Source: Octopus sinensis | Taxonomy: Eukaryota | Reading direction: 5' to 3' | Assembly (NCBI RefSeq): GCF_006345805.1 | Contig: NC_042999.1 | Coordinates: forward strand, 134,974,001 to 135,038,000 | DNA: 64,000 nucleotides | In this document: one piece after another, positions 24,001 to 38,600 of the stretch | Numbering within the stretch: position 1 is the first letter of the stretch | Layout: every line of letters starts with the position of its first letter | Notes under the pieces: generated by a model | Database searches by the model: none | What the model saw: the letters and a program-made list of their open reading frames with translations, nothing else | Told to the model about the DNA's origin: nothing | Made by a program: the position numbers and the translations under genes

Positions 24001-27000
24001 ACAAAACTTCATGCGGCATTACTTTTGCAAAGTTTTGTCAATGAACACACTTTCAAGTCAGAGAAATCAGATCCTTGATCTTTGTTCTTCTTCAGTACAC
24101 ACTGCCATCAGAGCAGCTATGTTTACTCTGTAACACAAAAAAGAAAACTGTAGTGATCAAGGTCAAATTTTGGTTACTTGATCACAAGGGTACCACTTTT
24201 AGCATGCACGATATGGTATCATGGCCAACCTACAGAAAGTTTTGGCAAAAATATGGATAGATTTGACTCCTTATTTTGTCAGCCTTGGATAAATGAAAGA
24301 GAAAATTAGATTCCAACTAGAATTGAATGGAACAACAAGAGACAAAGAGCCAAAATATCATAAACTAATGGTTCAAGATTAAGTATTTACACTATTTCCC
24401 CCACCCTACTGGCAGCATTAATAACATATTACCTTCGATAAATCTAATGGAAAACCAGGAATTCCCTTGGTAAATAAGTCATGTAGAGTCTTGAAGCCTT
24501 GAATGGTTGAAAAAGTGGGTAAAACAGTGAAATCATTATGATTTTCATATAAAAATTTTATATCATCTTCACATTTTGTTGTCATACCAACTGAAAAGAA
24601 AAAGTGTAAAGAGTAACAATTAATAATGATTATGATGATGATGACGACAACAACAACAACAACAACAATAATAATGATAATGATTTCAAATTTTGACACA
24701 AGGCCAGCAGTTTCAGGGAGTGGGTAAGTCAACCCCAGTGATCAACTGATACTTATTTTATCGACCCCTAAAACGATGAAAGGCAAAGACAACCTTGGTA
24801 GCATTCAAACTCAGAATGTAAACACAGATGAAATACTGCAAAGCATTTTGCCCGCCATGCTAACAATTCTGCCAGCTTAACACCTTAATAATAATGGTTT
24901 CAAATTTTTGCCGCAAGAGCAGCTTGAGGGAGGGGATTAAATTGATTACATCAACCCCAGTGTGTAACAGGTACTTATTTATCCAACCCCAAAAGGATGA
25001 AAGGCAAAATCAACCTCAGCAGAATTTGAACTCAGAACATAGCAGCAGACGAAATACCGCTAAGCATTTCGCCTGGCATGCTAACGTTTCTGCCAGCTCG
25101 CCACCTTTACCCCCTTACTGATGATAATAATAATAATAATAAGGTTAATCAACCAAATATAATTGCAAAAGACAAGGAAGGAAAATACTTGAAAACTGAG
25201 AGATACAAGTGTCCCCACTGATAAGAATTTATCTGTTAACGAATTTGACTAGCACAGTAACTATAAAAATCTAGAAACTGAAATACGCAAGATGTGAAAT
25301 CTTAAAGTGAATACCACCCCAGTAAGTGCACTTGGTATGATATAAAAAAAGGATGTCAGAAACATCTAAATAATATCCTAGGAAACCTCTGAAAGAAATT
25401 CAAAAAAAGATTATATTGACAAGCACTGCCCAAAACCTCAAAAAAAACCAAGCATCTTAAAATAAATGGGTTTTTTATTATTTTAGGGGGCAGTACAAAC
25501 AAGAAAAAATTATTTTAGGGAGTAATAGAAATATGTATATATAACCAAGAAACAAGGAAATGATTATTTTAGAGGGAGAGGGTCTGAGAGGTGGGGGGGA
25601 CAAGTGTGGAGGCCTCTTATATTCACGACAGCTGGAAATGACAAAGATGGCAGTTTTTGTCCTAGGGAGTAGAAGAAATAGCAGTAAGTAGCCATTGCAA
25701 CCAGGAGCAAGAGAGATACGGACAAGAAAGAAAGAAATTATTTTAGAGAAAGAAATTATTCTAATAATGATCCTTTCTATTAAAGGCACAATGCCTGAAA
25801 TTTTGGGACGGGGGACTAGTCAATTACATCAACCCCACTGTTTCACTGGTATCTAATTTATCAACCCTGAAAGGATGAAAGGCAAAGTCAACCTCGGCAG
25901 AATTTGAACACAGAAGGTAAGGATAGGCAAAATACTGCTAAGCATTTCATCCGGCGTACTAATGACTCTGCCAGCTCACCGCCTTAAAAATAATAATAAT
26001 AATATTAGAAATATGAGTAAAAAGATAAGTAATTGGAAAGCAGCAGGACCTGATGGCATACAGGGATTTTGGATAAAAAAAGTTTAGTAGTTGCAATGAA
26101 TTGATTACCGAGTAATTTAATGCATTGATCAATAGAGAAGAAGAAACCCTGAGCTAGTTGACTAAAGGATGAACAGTGTTGTGCCTGAAGGATGTATCAA
26201 AGGTTAATACTGCTGCTAATTACAGACCAATTTCCTGCCTCCAATTAATGTGGAAGGAGGAATTACAGAAGAACTGTATAAAATTCTTGATGAGAATGAT
26301 ATATTACCGATGGAACAAAAAGGCTGTAGGAGATGCAGAGGTACCAAAGATCAATTATTGATAGACAAAATAGTAGTGCAAGATTGTAAATGAAGGAGAA
26401 CAAATCTGGAAATGGCCAGGATTGACTATTGCAAAGCTTATATGATTCCATATTCATGAATCATTGAGTGCTTAGATCTGTTTGGAATTGCGAGGAATAT
26501 GTGTTTCCTGAAGAAAAGTATGGTGGGATGGAAAACTGAACTGACATCTTACAGAAAAAACTTGGGCACCCTGGGTATCAGAAGAGGGATTTTCCAGGGT
26601 GACAGCCTATTTACATTGCTTTTTATTCTCTGCATGATACCCATGGCCTTGCTATTTAGGAAAATGAACCTGGGGTACCAACTAAAGGAAAAATCCCAAT
26701 CAATCAACCACCTCCTCTTCATGGATGATTTGAAACTGTATAGCAAGGATGAGACACAAGTGAGTTTCTTGAACACAGTCCATGGTTTTAGTACTGATAT
26801 TAGAATGGAATTTGAACTCAGAAGTGCAGAATAATCTACCTAAAAAGAGGAAAGGTACAGTCCCTAGCAGGGATACAATTACCGAATAGAGACTTAATTA
26901 AACAAATTGAAATGGAAGGATACAAATACCTTAGCGTAATAGAGTTCAACAAGATAATGAAAAAGGAAATGAAAGAGTGACTGAGAATGGAGTATTTCCA

Positions 27001-29743
27001 AAGACTGAGGTTGGTGTTGTGCTCAAAATTGACTGGATGGAATAAAATCCAAGCAGTTAATACGTGGATGACAGCATCACTTTGGTATGGAGTGGTAATT
27101 ATAAAATGGCAAAAGAGAGAAATGAAGAAAATGGATACCAAGACCAGAAAAATGTTGACAGTGCACAGAAACTTCCACCCCAAGAGTGACACTGATAGGC
27201 TGTACTTGTCCAGAAGAAAGAGTGGCAGAGGTTTGATCAATTGTCAAGGCTGTACAATTTAGGAAAATAATTTAGGGTGTTATATAAAAATTGCCATGGA
27301 GCAACTGTTGAAACACATGAAGAAGGCCGGCATCATCAAAACTGAAAATTGTGTAATGCAAGAAAAATTTAAACACGAAATGTATAAAAATCTAAGTATG
27401 TCACTAGTTTTCCAGACATGAGTTCTACTCACGTGTCATGTTTCATCAAAATTGATAAAACGATGTAGGAGGAGTTAGATAACGCCACAAACAAACACAC
27501 CCACAGATTTCCACATATGTAGTAGGTGATAGAAGATAACTATGATGGAGTTAGAAAGATGAAAACTTCAGATGAAGTAGTCAAAGTATTTCTGAGAATA
27601 GAGGACCTTTCAAATATGATCATACGAGATCGTAGAAATGCATTAGAAGATAATGCATCAAAGATTTGCTAGCATGATGAGACTAATGTTGTTGTTGAGA
27701 TGACAGTGACAGTGATGGAATTAAAAATGTTTCTTTTTTTATTTGTAGAATCAATAGAACTGTATCTTACCTGAAAGGGCATACAAGATAACATCAGGAA
27801 AGCTGTAGGTGTATTTAGAAATAAAGGGACTCAGTGACTTGAGATCCTAAGGAAATAGAATAAAAATAATTAAAACAGAATAAATATAATTAAAACAGAA
27901 TTACAGTTCAGTCAAAAGTTTTTTGTTAAAGTTTAATTTGATAATAAAATTTACTTTGTTTTGGATTTTATTTTTTACTGTTTTCTTTAGATACAAATAC
28001 GGGATTATAAACATCTACATAACTTACATAATGTATGTATACTTTTCAAAAGTATGATGCTATGAATTTTCATTCAAAAGAAAACTTCTATATAGAGAGT
28101 AGCGAGTCATGAGAAAGCCAAATGTATTTCAGCCTTCTTGGGCCTTATCAATAACATGTACTCACTAGTTACATGCCTAAATTAAATCTGCTCACTATCA
28201 TATCTAGAACACTGACTGATACATGCACCGATGTTGTGAATAGCCATTGGGCTTAATAAAAACTCAGTGTATGCAATCAAATAAGCATTAAATTAAAATC
28301 GCCATCTATGTATCATACTTAATACACACACACACACACTGTTGAGAGACATGATGCTGTAGATTTTCACTTAAGAGAAAATCTCTTCATAGACATGCTA
28401 TATTAAAAACACAATATGCATCAGAGCATGATGAAAAATTGCCCAGACAGTGATTCACAAGAAGACCAGATCCATTTCGGCCTTCTTAGGCCTAGTTATT
28501 AATCATCATTCATCATAATCATCATTTTTAAATCCACTTTTCCATGCTTACATGGGTTGGACAGGTCCTAAATCAGCCATGGTTTATTTATTTATTTGAT
28601 TTGTTTTGTTTTGTTTCATCAGTTAACCATCAACGAACCATAATCACGCCATGGTTTTCAAAAAATAGCTGACCAATTAAGCTGTAGGACTGACCATGAC
28701 CCCGACCCCACTAGACACAGGGATTCCGAAACTTGTTGATCAGCAAAAAATAATGAACACTAACACTGCACTTTGGTCCCACCTGGTTCCTTACTCTCAT
28801 TAGTACACTCATATACCAAATTTTCCCATGATAGATTCATCATCTTAGGCTGCTTATGCCATACCATCCACAATGTTGCACTTACTAGCTGGCACTTTAC
28901 ATATAAACTTTCACCTCCATAACACGGACCATACCTTCAAATCTACCACTGTATTTCTATGTAAACATAATGTGAACTGCTGTCTAAATTCACCCTTCCA
29001 TAAAAAAACTCCTCCTGAGAACGATTATATTCACCTATCCACAATTAGACAAAATGACATGGTTCTTGGACTATATCACAGGAAGTCTGTAGCTTATTCC
29101 CCTTCCTATACCCAAATAATCTTAATAAGTTGTGCTTCACTAACATCCTCATGTTTGCTCCTATTCTTTTTCTGCCCTTTCAAAAAGACAAACACACTGT
29201 ACCTATTAACTGTTTCTTAAATGTATTAACCCTCCTAACCACTCAGACCCTCTGGAGAAGCCTAGAGGCATATTCATCATCCAAACTTTATCTGCCCATC
29301 CCTGCAGAACACTGAGGAGATGGAGATGGCATGGAGGATTTTGTTGCCTCTTGGCAGAAACGGGCAAAAGGAAATAGAACCTACTGTCAATCTCATCTTT
29401 TGCTCTTCTCTGTAATATTAGTACATGCATGTGTAACACATAGTTATTACATGTGTATGTATTCTTCTAATACTTTCTAATACTTAGGAATAAATAAACA
29501 TATTAGAATGTCTACTGGCTGATCTATGTCATTTTTGTATCCTCTCCATTTTCTTATTTGCCATATAAATTAAGGGTAAACCATTTTTTACCCCCCACCC
29601 CCGCCCATATATAACACTGAATTGCGAGATTGGCACACAATAACCAGCACTTGGATATGAATAATTGGGCACACTACCAGCAGCATATTGGATAGATACT
29701 ATCCCTTAGTTGGTTGGTTTCCCAACCCCTAACTCATACAGAT

Positions 29744-29787
<44 letters not shown>

Positions 29788-32700
29788 TACTCACACACTT
29801 CACTGAACTAAATTTTTTACTCACAAAGGTTTTCACACTGGTTTCTGGTGTTTCAGAAAAAGTATTCTCTTCAAGGAGTCTCATTATTAATCCAGCAGTT
29901 TCTGCAAATAAATGTGGCTAAAATCATTAGAAAAAATATATATATATATATTCATGCCAGCTACAATTCTTTGTCCATAACCTACTTACATCTGGTGGCC
30001 CAAGCACCTGAGATTTATATTTAGCAATATCTTATATCAAATATCTTATTAAACATTAGCCAAGAATGCTTAAGTTTGGTATCAGCTGATATACACAATG
30101 CCATACACACATTCAACAAAATAATCATAAATGTAACCAAATCTATATCCTAGAAAGCAACATGAAAATACAAGTGCAATTGCACAAAAGAAACAGCCAA
30201 CTTCTTGAAAACCAGAAACAATATCAAACACAATACACCAAAGAAATAACAACAAATATGATAAATAAATAAACCAGAGGAAACAGAAAACTGGTAAACA
30301 TTTGCATCTGATATAAACCTCAAAACTAACAATGAAGCACTATATAGAGCAATTATTAATATTTAGGATCACTGCTTATCATCAGAGAATCAAGGAAGTA
30401 AAAAAAAGTGGTAAACAAAATGATGTTGTAACTTTGACTGTACCATATAAAGCACAACATTCACTCAGCACTTTAGCCCCTCTGTAAGACCCATCTGCAT
30501 GATACTACAGCCCTCTTTCATTGTATGTATTTATCTAAACAACTAAAGTCCTTACTGGTTAACCTTATAAGGGCAGACAGGCTTCTTAGAAGGTCAGACT
30601 AGGACCTGGAAAGAAGTAAAAATATGGAACCTCAAAAGCCTTGTGCCATGAAACAAGAACAACAAAATCAAGTCACCATCAACCCCAATTAATCAACTCT
30701 CACTGACCACCACTCTTTCCCTCATCACTAACATAATACAATGTTAAAGAAAATTAAATATCTCTCAAGTGTCAAAGGCATCTTAAGAGTTAATGCTTAG
30801 GACTAGTGATATCAGAAGATAACATCTGTTGAACATGTGTCTTATGGAACCTTCTTCCTTCTTGTTTTCCCAGATAACTACAAATTTAGTTCTTTTAAAT
30901 GTGTTGATTGTCATAGGACTCTAAAGAGAGATTCTAATTTATTTTTTTAACTCCAAACATACTAAGTGATTGCTTGAACCTGTTTTATTACTGGCTGTTT
31001 ACCACATAGTTGGGAGTGATTAGCAATGAAAAAAGGAAGAAATGAAGAGTCCAAAATCTTACAGAGAATAGATTCCTGATATTTAACTGAACTGGAACAA
31101 CATAAAATTATGTGTAGTGCTCCAAATAAACAAAGAAATACCTTGGTGACCCAATACCATATCCGCTTAACTATTTTACCTCAATATTTCCATGCTAGAT
31201 ACAGGGTGTCTTCTATGATGTAATATATGCTACTTGTTATGAAATATAGGAGCACATGAAACATAACACTTTCTTATTTCTTCTCATCCTAAAACCCTAG
31301 AAAGCACAGAAGTCAAGTAAAATCTTACCTTGCATTGAACTAGGATTTGTAGAATTTGTAAAGGAACAAATCTGATCCCAGTTATCTCGAACTGAAAAGA
31401 ATAAGATAAAATATCAATTATTTACAAGTCACAAAATGTATTCTTCCCCACCCTTTCCCACTTCCTAAAGAGGATATATGTATGTTATGAGACAATGAGA
31501 TACTCACTGCAATCAGATCATCCATAATGACTTAATTAATCTTGTTGAGTGGTTAAGTCCACTGGAAATGGAACAGAACATTTCTTCTAGCAATGGCTGC
31601 AAGAAAAGCTACATAAGGAGCTTCTACATGGTCTCATAACCTGTTGGAAATTACAACCAAATATCTCTCATATCACATCCAATGTACTTAGAAAAGGAAC
31701 TTACTGGGTAATGTCTTGAAATTTGTTTGATCTTGTCAGCCGTAATTTTTTGGTGTCTGTGTTACAATCCTTATCATTTCACTGGAGATACTTCTTATGG
31801 AAAAGTTTCTCTTCCAATGTTTTATCCCCAGACTGAACAGACATATGATTGAAGACATTCAAGCCAGGTTTATTTATCTAATTTTAAGATGCTGTGAATA
31901 CAGAACTAAGTAATTCAATGTATTTTACCTTTTATCAAGATAGTACAGTATGATATGAAAAAGATTTAACTTTTATTTCTAGCAGGTCAACCAACCACAT
32001 AAAAAACTCCTCATTAACTCATGAATTGCTTTTGTTCAACTTGTGCTGTTTATTTTATTTTTTCTTTGCTTAGTTGTTATGCCAATATTATTACTGAATT
32101 CTGAGGCATTGATATCTGCTTTCTGTTGTTGACAGACTATAGCTTCAAAGGAAGCCTTTAGCAGATCTTAACAAAAGACTAAATGTTGCTTCACTTGAGG
32201 AGCCTTATGTGTAGGAGACAGACACAGTAGTAGTTCTTTAGATTTTGCACGTTTGTTTACTTTTGTGAAAAGGAATGAGATGCCAGATCAGAATGGTTCA
32301 GCATGAATCTTTGATCAGTACCAGTTGAATACTGGGATTGCTATAACTGACTTTCTACTGTAGGCCTTGTGCCTATAGTAGAAAGGATTATTATTATTAT
32401 TATTATTATTATGAGGATGGCAAGCTCGAAGAATTGTTTGCATGCTGGGCAAAATGTTCAGCAACATTTCATCCATTTTTATGTTCTAAGTTCAAATTCC
32501 ACTGAGGTCAACTTTGCCTTTCATCCTCTCAGGGTCCATAAATTAAGTTTCCAGTCAAGCACTGACATTGATGTAATCAACCAGCTTCCTCCCACAAAAT
32601 TTCAGGCCTGATGCCTATAGTAGAAAGGATAATTATTATCATCATTATTATTCTGATAAAATATTAGAAAACCAGTATTATTAGTATTATGCTAATTAGG

Positions 32701-34524
32701 AAAGAAACATGTTGGTATCATACCTGCTTCAGGTGTCATTTTGTCTTTAGTTCTTACAATAGCTCCAGTAGTACGCTCCCATCTCACTGAAGAAAAAAAA
32801 TAATTTCACATAAAAATCATGATCATCACCATAATCATTATTATTTTAACACCCACTTTTCCATGCTAGCATGGGATGAAGGAATTCATTGAGCCAACCA
32901 CTCTATAGAGTGTACTTGGGTGTCTTTTACTTGATACAAGATTGAGAGATTGAAGAAGAGAGAGAGAATGAGAGAGACTGTTGTTGCTAACCCCAAGTCA
33001 ACCCCAATCCAGTAAACCTATGATTAAACACATTCCAGATATCAACATCATCATTTACCATCCATTTCCTATGCTGGCATGGGTTAGATGTTTTAACTAA
33101 AACTGATAAGCCGGAAAGCTGTACCATGTTCCAGTCTGGTTTGGCTTGGTTTCTACAGATGGATGCCTTTCCTCATGCCAACCACTCCATAGAGTGTACT
33201 TGGGTGTCTTTCACATGTCACCAGCACGGGTGCCTTTTATATATAAGAGAAGATAGACTGAACATGCTTTATTATGTATCACTACCTACCTTTGTGGAAC
33301 GTTACATATATTATAAACAACATTGCATTAATCAATATCACTCAACACTAGTACCATATGCATATCCTCAGATCAGTAAAGCAAAAGAGTCCCGTTATAT
33401 CAGATTTTGATTTTCCAGATTATATACCCACACCAAACGATAAGTTATGTATTACATATATTATATACCTGTGAAGGCACATGGCTCAGTGGTTAGATCA
33501 TCAGGCTCACACTCATGAGGTACTAAGTTTGATTCCCAGACTGGGCTGTGTGTTGTGTTCTTGAACAAGACACACTATTTCATGTTACTCCTGTTCACTC
33601 ATCTGTAGAAATGAGTTGTGACATCACTGTATCAGCCTTTGCTTTTCCTTTGGATAACATCAGTGGCGTGAAGAGGGGAGACTGGTATGCATGAGTGACT
33701 GCTGGTCTTCCATAAACAACCTGCCCACACTTGTGCTTCGGAGGGGAACTTCCTAGGTGCAATCCCATGGTCATTCATGACCGAAGGGGATGTTTACCCT
33801 TTTTACCCTTTATATTATATACATACACCAGAAGATGAGTTTGCGATTTAAGGTTGAATGATCATGCTGTTTTCTTTGTTCTTTGTTTTGTTTCCTTTCC
33901 TTTGTCTTTGCTTCTTTTTTTTTTTGTCTGCAGAATGCTAAAGATAGTATTTCAATATAGATACCTAAAGTGGAAAATCAAAATCTGATATAACAGGGCT
34001 TCCACCTACCTGAAGTTATAATTTATCTAATATTCAGCAATGAACAGAATTGAATGATAGATAGATAGACAGATAGTGTGTGTGCATGCGTGTGTGTGCG
34101 TGTGTGTACACTTCTTTGTAGGATTAGGAAGGTTGCTTAAACTTTGCAGTACTCCAGTCAAATCCAGGTCAGCAATGAAAATAGCAATGAGGCTGATGAC
34201 CTGCTGCATTTCAACTTCAATGTATATTATACATGTAAAGCAATTAATCTTAGATGTCAAGAGTCCAGTATATGTCATAGGAGCAGAATAATAGATGTGT
34301 AGGCTCAGTGAGTTTATTGCATGCATATTTGCTTCAAGTGAATAACCTTATTTAAAAAATACAAATATTTATTTCTATAATGTTGTACATAAGATGGTAT
34401 TAACCTTAGTTTACAGTGTGTGTGTGTGGTGTGTGTGTGTGTGTGTGTTGTGTGTGTGTTGTGTGTGTGTGTGGTGTGTGTGTGTGTGTGTGTGTTGTGT
34501 GTGTGTGTGTGTGTGTGTGTTGTG

Positions 34525-34581
<57 letters not shown>

Positions 34582-35043
34582 GCGCGCGTGTGTACACTTC
34601 TTTGTAGGATTAGGAAGGTTGCTTAAACTTTGCAGTACTCCAGCCAAATCCAAGTCAGCAATGAAAATAGCAATGAGGCTGATGACCTGCTGCATTTCAA
34701 CTTCAATGTATATTATACATGTAAAGCAATTAATCTTAGATGTCAAGAGTTCAGTATATGTCATAGGAGCAGAATAATAGATGTGTAGGCTCAGTGAGTT
34801 TATTGCATGCATATTTGCTTCAAGTGAATAACCTAATTTCCAGAGAAGGTGTTTCATGTTTGCAAAATAGTAATGATGAAAACACACAATATATATGTAT
34901 TGTGTGGGTGTATAAATACTATTTAAAAAATACAAATATTTATTTCTATAATGTTGTACATAAGATGGTATTAACCTTAGTTTACAGTCTGCTCAACATT
35001 GTCTGTTACTGCAGGTAGGTAGGTAGGTAGGTAGGTAGGTAGG

Positions 35044-35108
<65 letters not shown>

Positions 35109-35110
35109 TG

Positions 35111-35174
<64 letters not shown>

Positions 35175-35629
35175 TGTGCACTTCTTTGTAGGATTAGGAA
35201 GGTTGCTTAAACTTTGCAGTACTCCAGTCAAATCCAGGTCAGCAATGAAAATAGCAATGAGGCTGATGACCTGCTGCATTTCAACTTCAATGTATATTAT
35301 ACATGTAAAGCAATTAATCTTAGATGTCAAGAGTTCAGTATATGTCATAGGAGCAGAATAATAGATGTGTAGGCTCAGTGAGTTTATTGCATGCATATTT
35401 GCTTCAAGTGAATAACCTAATTTCCAGAGAAGGTGTTTCATGTTTGCAAAATAGTAATGATGAAAACACACAATATATATGTATTGTGTGGGTGTATAAA
35501 TACTATTTAAAAAATACAAATATTTATTTCTATAATGTTGTACATAAGATGGTATTAACCTTAGTTTACAGTCTGCTCAACATTGTCTGTTACTGCAGGT
35601 AGGTAGGTGTGTGTGTGTGTGTGTGTGTC

Positions 35630-35696
<67 letters not shown>

Positions 35697-38600
35697 CGTT
35701 TGCTGCCAAAATATTTTCTAATATTTATTTTGATATTCTTATATTAATAATGGTTTTTTTTTTTTTGCAGTTTACTTTATCAATAACTATCTAACCACTG
35801 TATATGCCTAATTTAAACAGACATATGAATGTATTTAGGCCTTTAATATTCCACCACAATGTTTGGGATTTTTTTCTTTTTATAAAACCAAAAATAAAAT
35901 CAACAATCTGTATCTATATCTATAACTTATCTACTATTAACACATCACATTTCTTTAATTCCTAATAATTTGATAGGTTGAGATATTTGATATTTTATTT
36001 ATAATGTTTTCAAATTTAGGCTATAACAAGAAAGTAGATATTTTTGTTGGCCGAAGAGGTCTAACTGTAGTTCAATAATATGAGAGAACCTCTACATCAG
36101 GCAAGACCCATTTTTTAAAATAAAGATGGGTCCTATGAGATATTGCACATAATAAAAATGAACCACACTCCAAAAAGAATAGTTTAACAAATAGCATTAT
36201 AGTACAGTGCACTATATGTCAGGAAACATCATCATCTTTTAATATTCATGTTCCATGCTGGCATGGGTTGGATAGATCCACTGGGTCTAAGGGCTGCATC
36301 ATGCTATGTCTGCTCTGGCATGGCTTATACTACTGGATGCTCTTCTTAATGCTATCTTCTTTACAGAGTGTACCAGTGTGGTCACCATGCAAGCTTGAAC
36401 GTCTGAAATCACTTTTAAATGACTGAAGGAGAGAGTTAAGTGGATTTTTACTAGGAAATGAGAAGTATGAGAGAAGAGGCCAGAACAGAATAGGTCTCTA
36501 GTTGTAAAGGAGCTACATGACTATTCACATTAGAGAAAAGAAGGTGAGACTAACTAGACAAAGAGTTAAAAATAGTGGTAACAAGGTGTCAGGGTTTACC
36601 CTCAAAGAACAAGGTAAGGAGAAACAGAACAGGGAGAGTGGTTGCAAGAAACTGCATTATGGAAGGTCCACTCCAACCATTGGAGAACACATGAAGCAGT
36701 AAAACTCACTTCAAAGAATAGTCTTACAGGAACTAATACCACTTCATTAGAGCTGGTACCATGACAAGATGCACCCGTATACTCTGTAAAGTGGTTGGCT
36801 ATAGGCCCTTTAGTCTGTTTGAGAACATAACAACCTTTCTAAAGTCAGTGTGCCAATAAAATGCAGCCAATACACTCTGTAATGTGTTTGGCATTAAGAA
36901 ATGCATGCAGCTAAACACCCATGCCAAAAATGGAATGTATAAGCAAGATATGAACCCTGACTAATCTAAGAAGGCAATAACTCAAAAAAAAAAGATTCAG
37001 ACTGTAATGGCCTCTCCAACACATGCCAGCATGGAAAGTGGACTTACAGAGACGATAATGCATCAGACTTAAAGATTATGTTGCACAGTTACAAAAAAAT
37101 TGTTTACATAATCATAACATTATGCATGCCATACAAAACTTATGGTGGATAGCATGTTGCTCAAGAGTCAGAGGTTGCTCCATGCCTGTTCTACATGACC
37201 CATAGGAATTGCCAGCCAAATCTCTTACAAATTACACTCTACTACTTTACAAAAATAACCACAATTGCATTTAATAATGTAGTCCTAAACTACCATGTCT
37301 GAATAAAGGAGGAAGTGTTTATGGCTGAAACATATTTTATTACAGTTTTGCACTATCAGAACTGACTTAGTATTAAACAACTACTACTACTAATTTGAAC
37401 CAACAATAGAGACACTATATGGTCACTTAAAAATCCCATAATACTATCTTAAGAAAAGGATGTATATATTTTATATTGTAGTCCTAGATACACTATGTCT
37501 GCATCGGAAGACTAGAGGATCATATCTGGAAGATGCCTGACACTGGATCAAGGGTGACCTGATGATAAAAGTCAACTACAATTAAATGAGGGCTCACTAG
37601 TGATATATAGTTGTTATTGCTAGATATACAACATGACAAAACCAAAATTTGTTGAGACATGCCTATACTAATAAAAAATTTCTCATAGTTAAGATAGAAA
37701 AATGAGGTTTAAAGATTACATTTTGATATCCAGCCAGCAGCAACTTCAAAAATGCCACCAGTTTCAAGACAGGAACTGTGGCAAAGGAACATCACAAGTG
37801 GTGCTACAAATTTTGGTTTCAAAGCATCAATAACATCTGAAAGATAAATAAATAAATAAATAAATAAATAACAGTAATATTTTATTCCAAGCAATGAACA
37901 CTATAGAGGTAGGCTTATCATTAGGTAAGTCATCTATATCCATTTAATTCAGTTTCTAGATATTCCATTTCATTTGTGTCCTTAATGACCTCAGGGAATG
38001 CATGAATGTTTCAATTATTTTGTTTTCAAGAGTGGAGGGCATGGTCAGTGAAGTAGAGTGCCTGCCTGAACATTTTAGTGCGCTGTGTGGTAAGAAGTTT
38101 GTTTCACAACCACATGGTTCCAAGTTCAATTCCACTGTGTGACGCCTTGTGCAAGTGCTTTCTACTATAGCCTTGGGCCAACTAAAGCCTTGAGAGTGAA
38201 TTTGGTAAATGGAAACTGAAAAAAGCTTGTCATATATATATATATAGATAGATATGTATATCTGTGAGTGTCTTTGTGTCTGTCTTTCTCCCCCACCACC
38301 ACTTGACAACCAGTGTTGGTGTGTTTACGTCTCCATAACTTAATTCGGCAAAAGAGACTGATACAATAACTACTAGACTTAAAGAAATAAGTCTTGAGGT
38401 CAATTTGTTTGACTAAAACCTTTCAAAGAAGTGCCCCAGCATGGCCACAGTCAAATGACTAAAACAAGTAAAGGATAAAAGATTAGTTAGATATATCACT
38501 GTTCTGAGTGTTCATCCCAGCCAGGATCAATGGAATATACACAAGTTGTATTAATAGGGGTTGGTTCGATCAATTTTATCCTGTTATCCAATGTTTCTTT

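Noticed and set aside
34394-35602. Long ORFs rich in CV, HT and RA repeats, duplicated
   Set aside because: They are translations of (GT)n and (GCGT)n microsatellites within the triplication. No HSD17B4 exon is duplicated, and exons 9 and 10 already join in frame.
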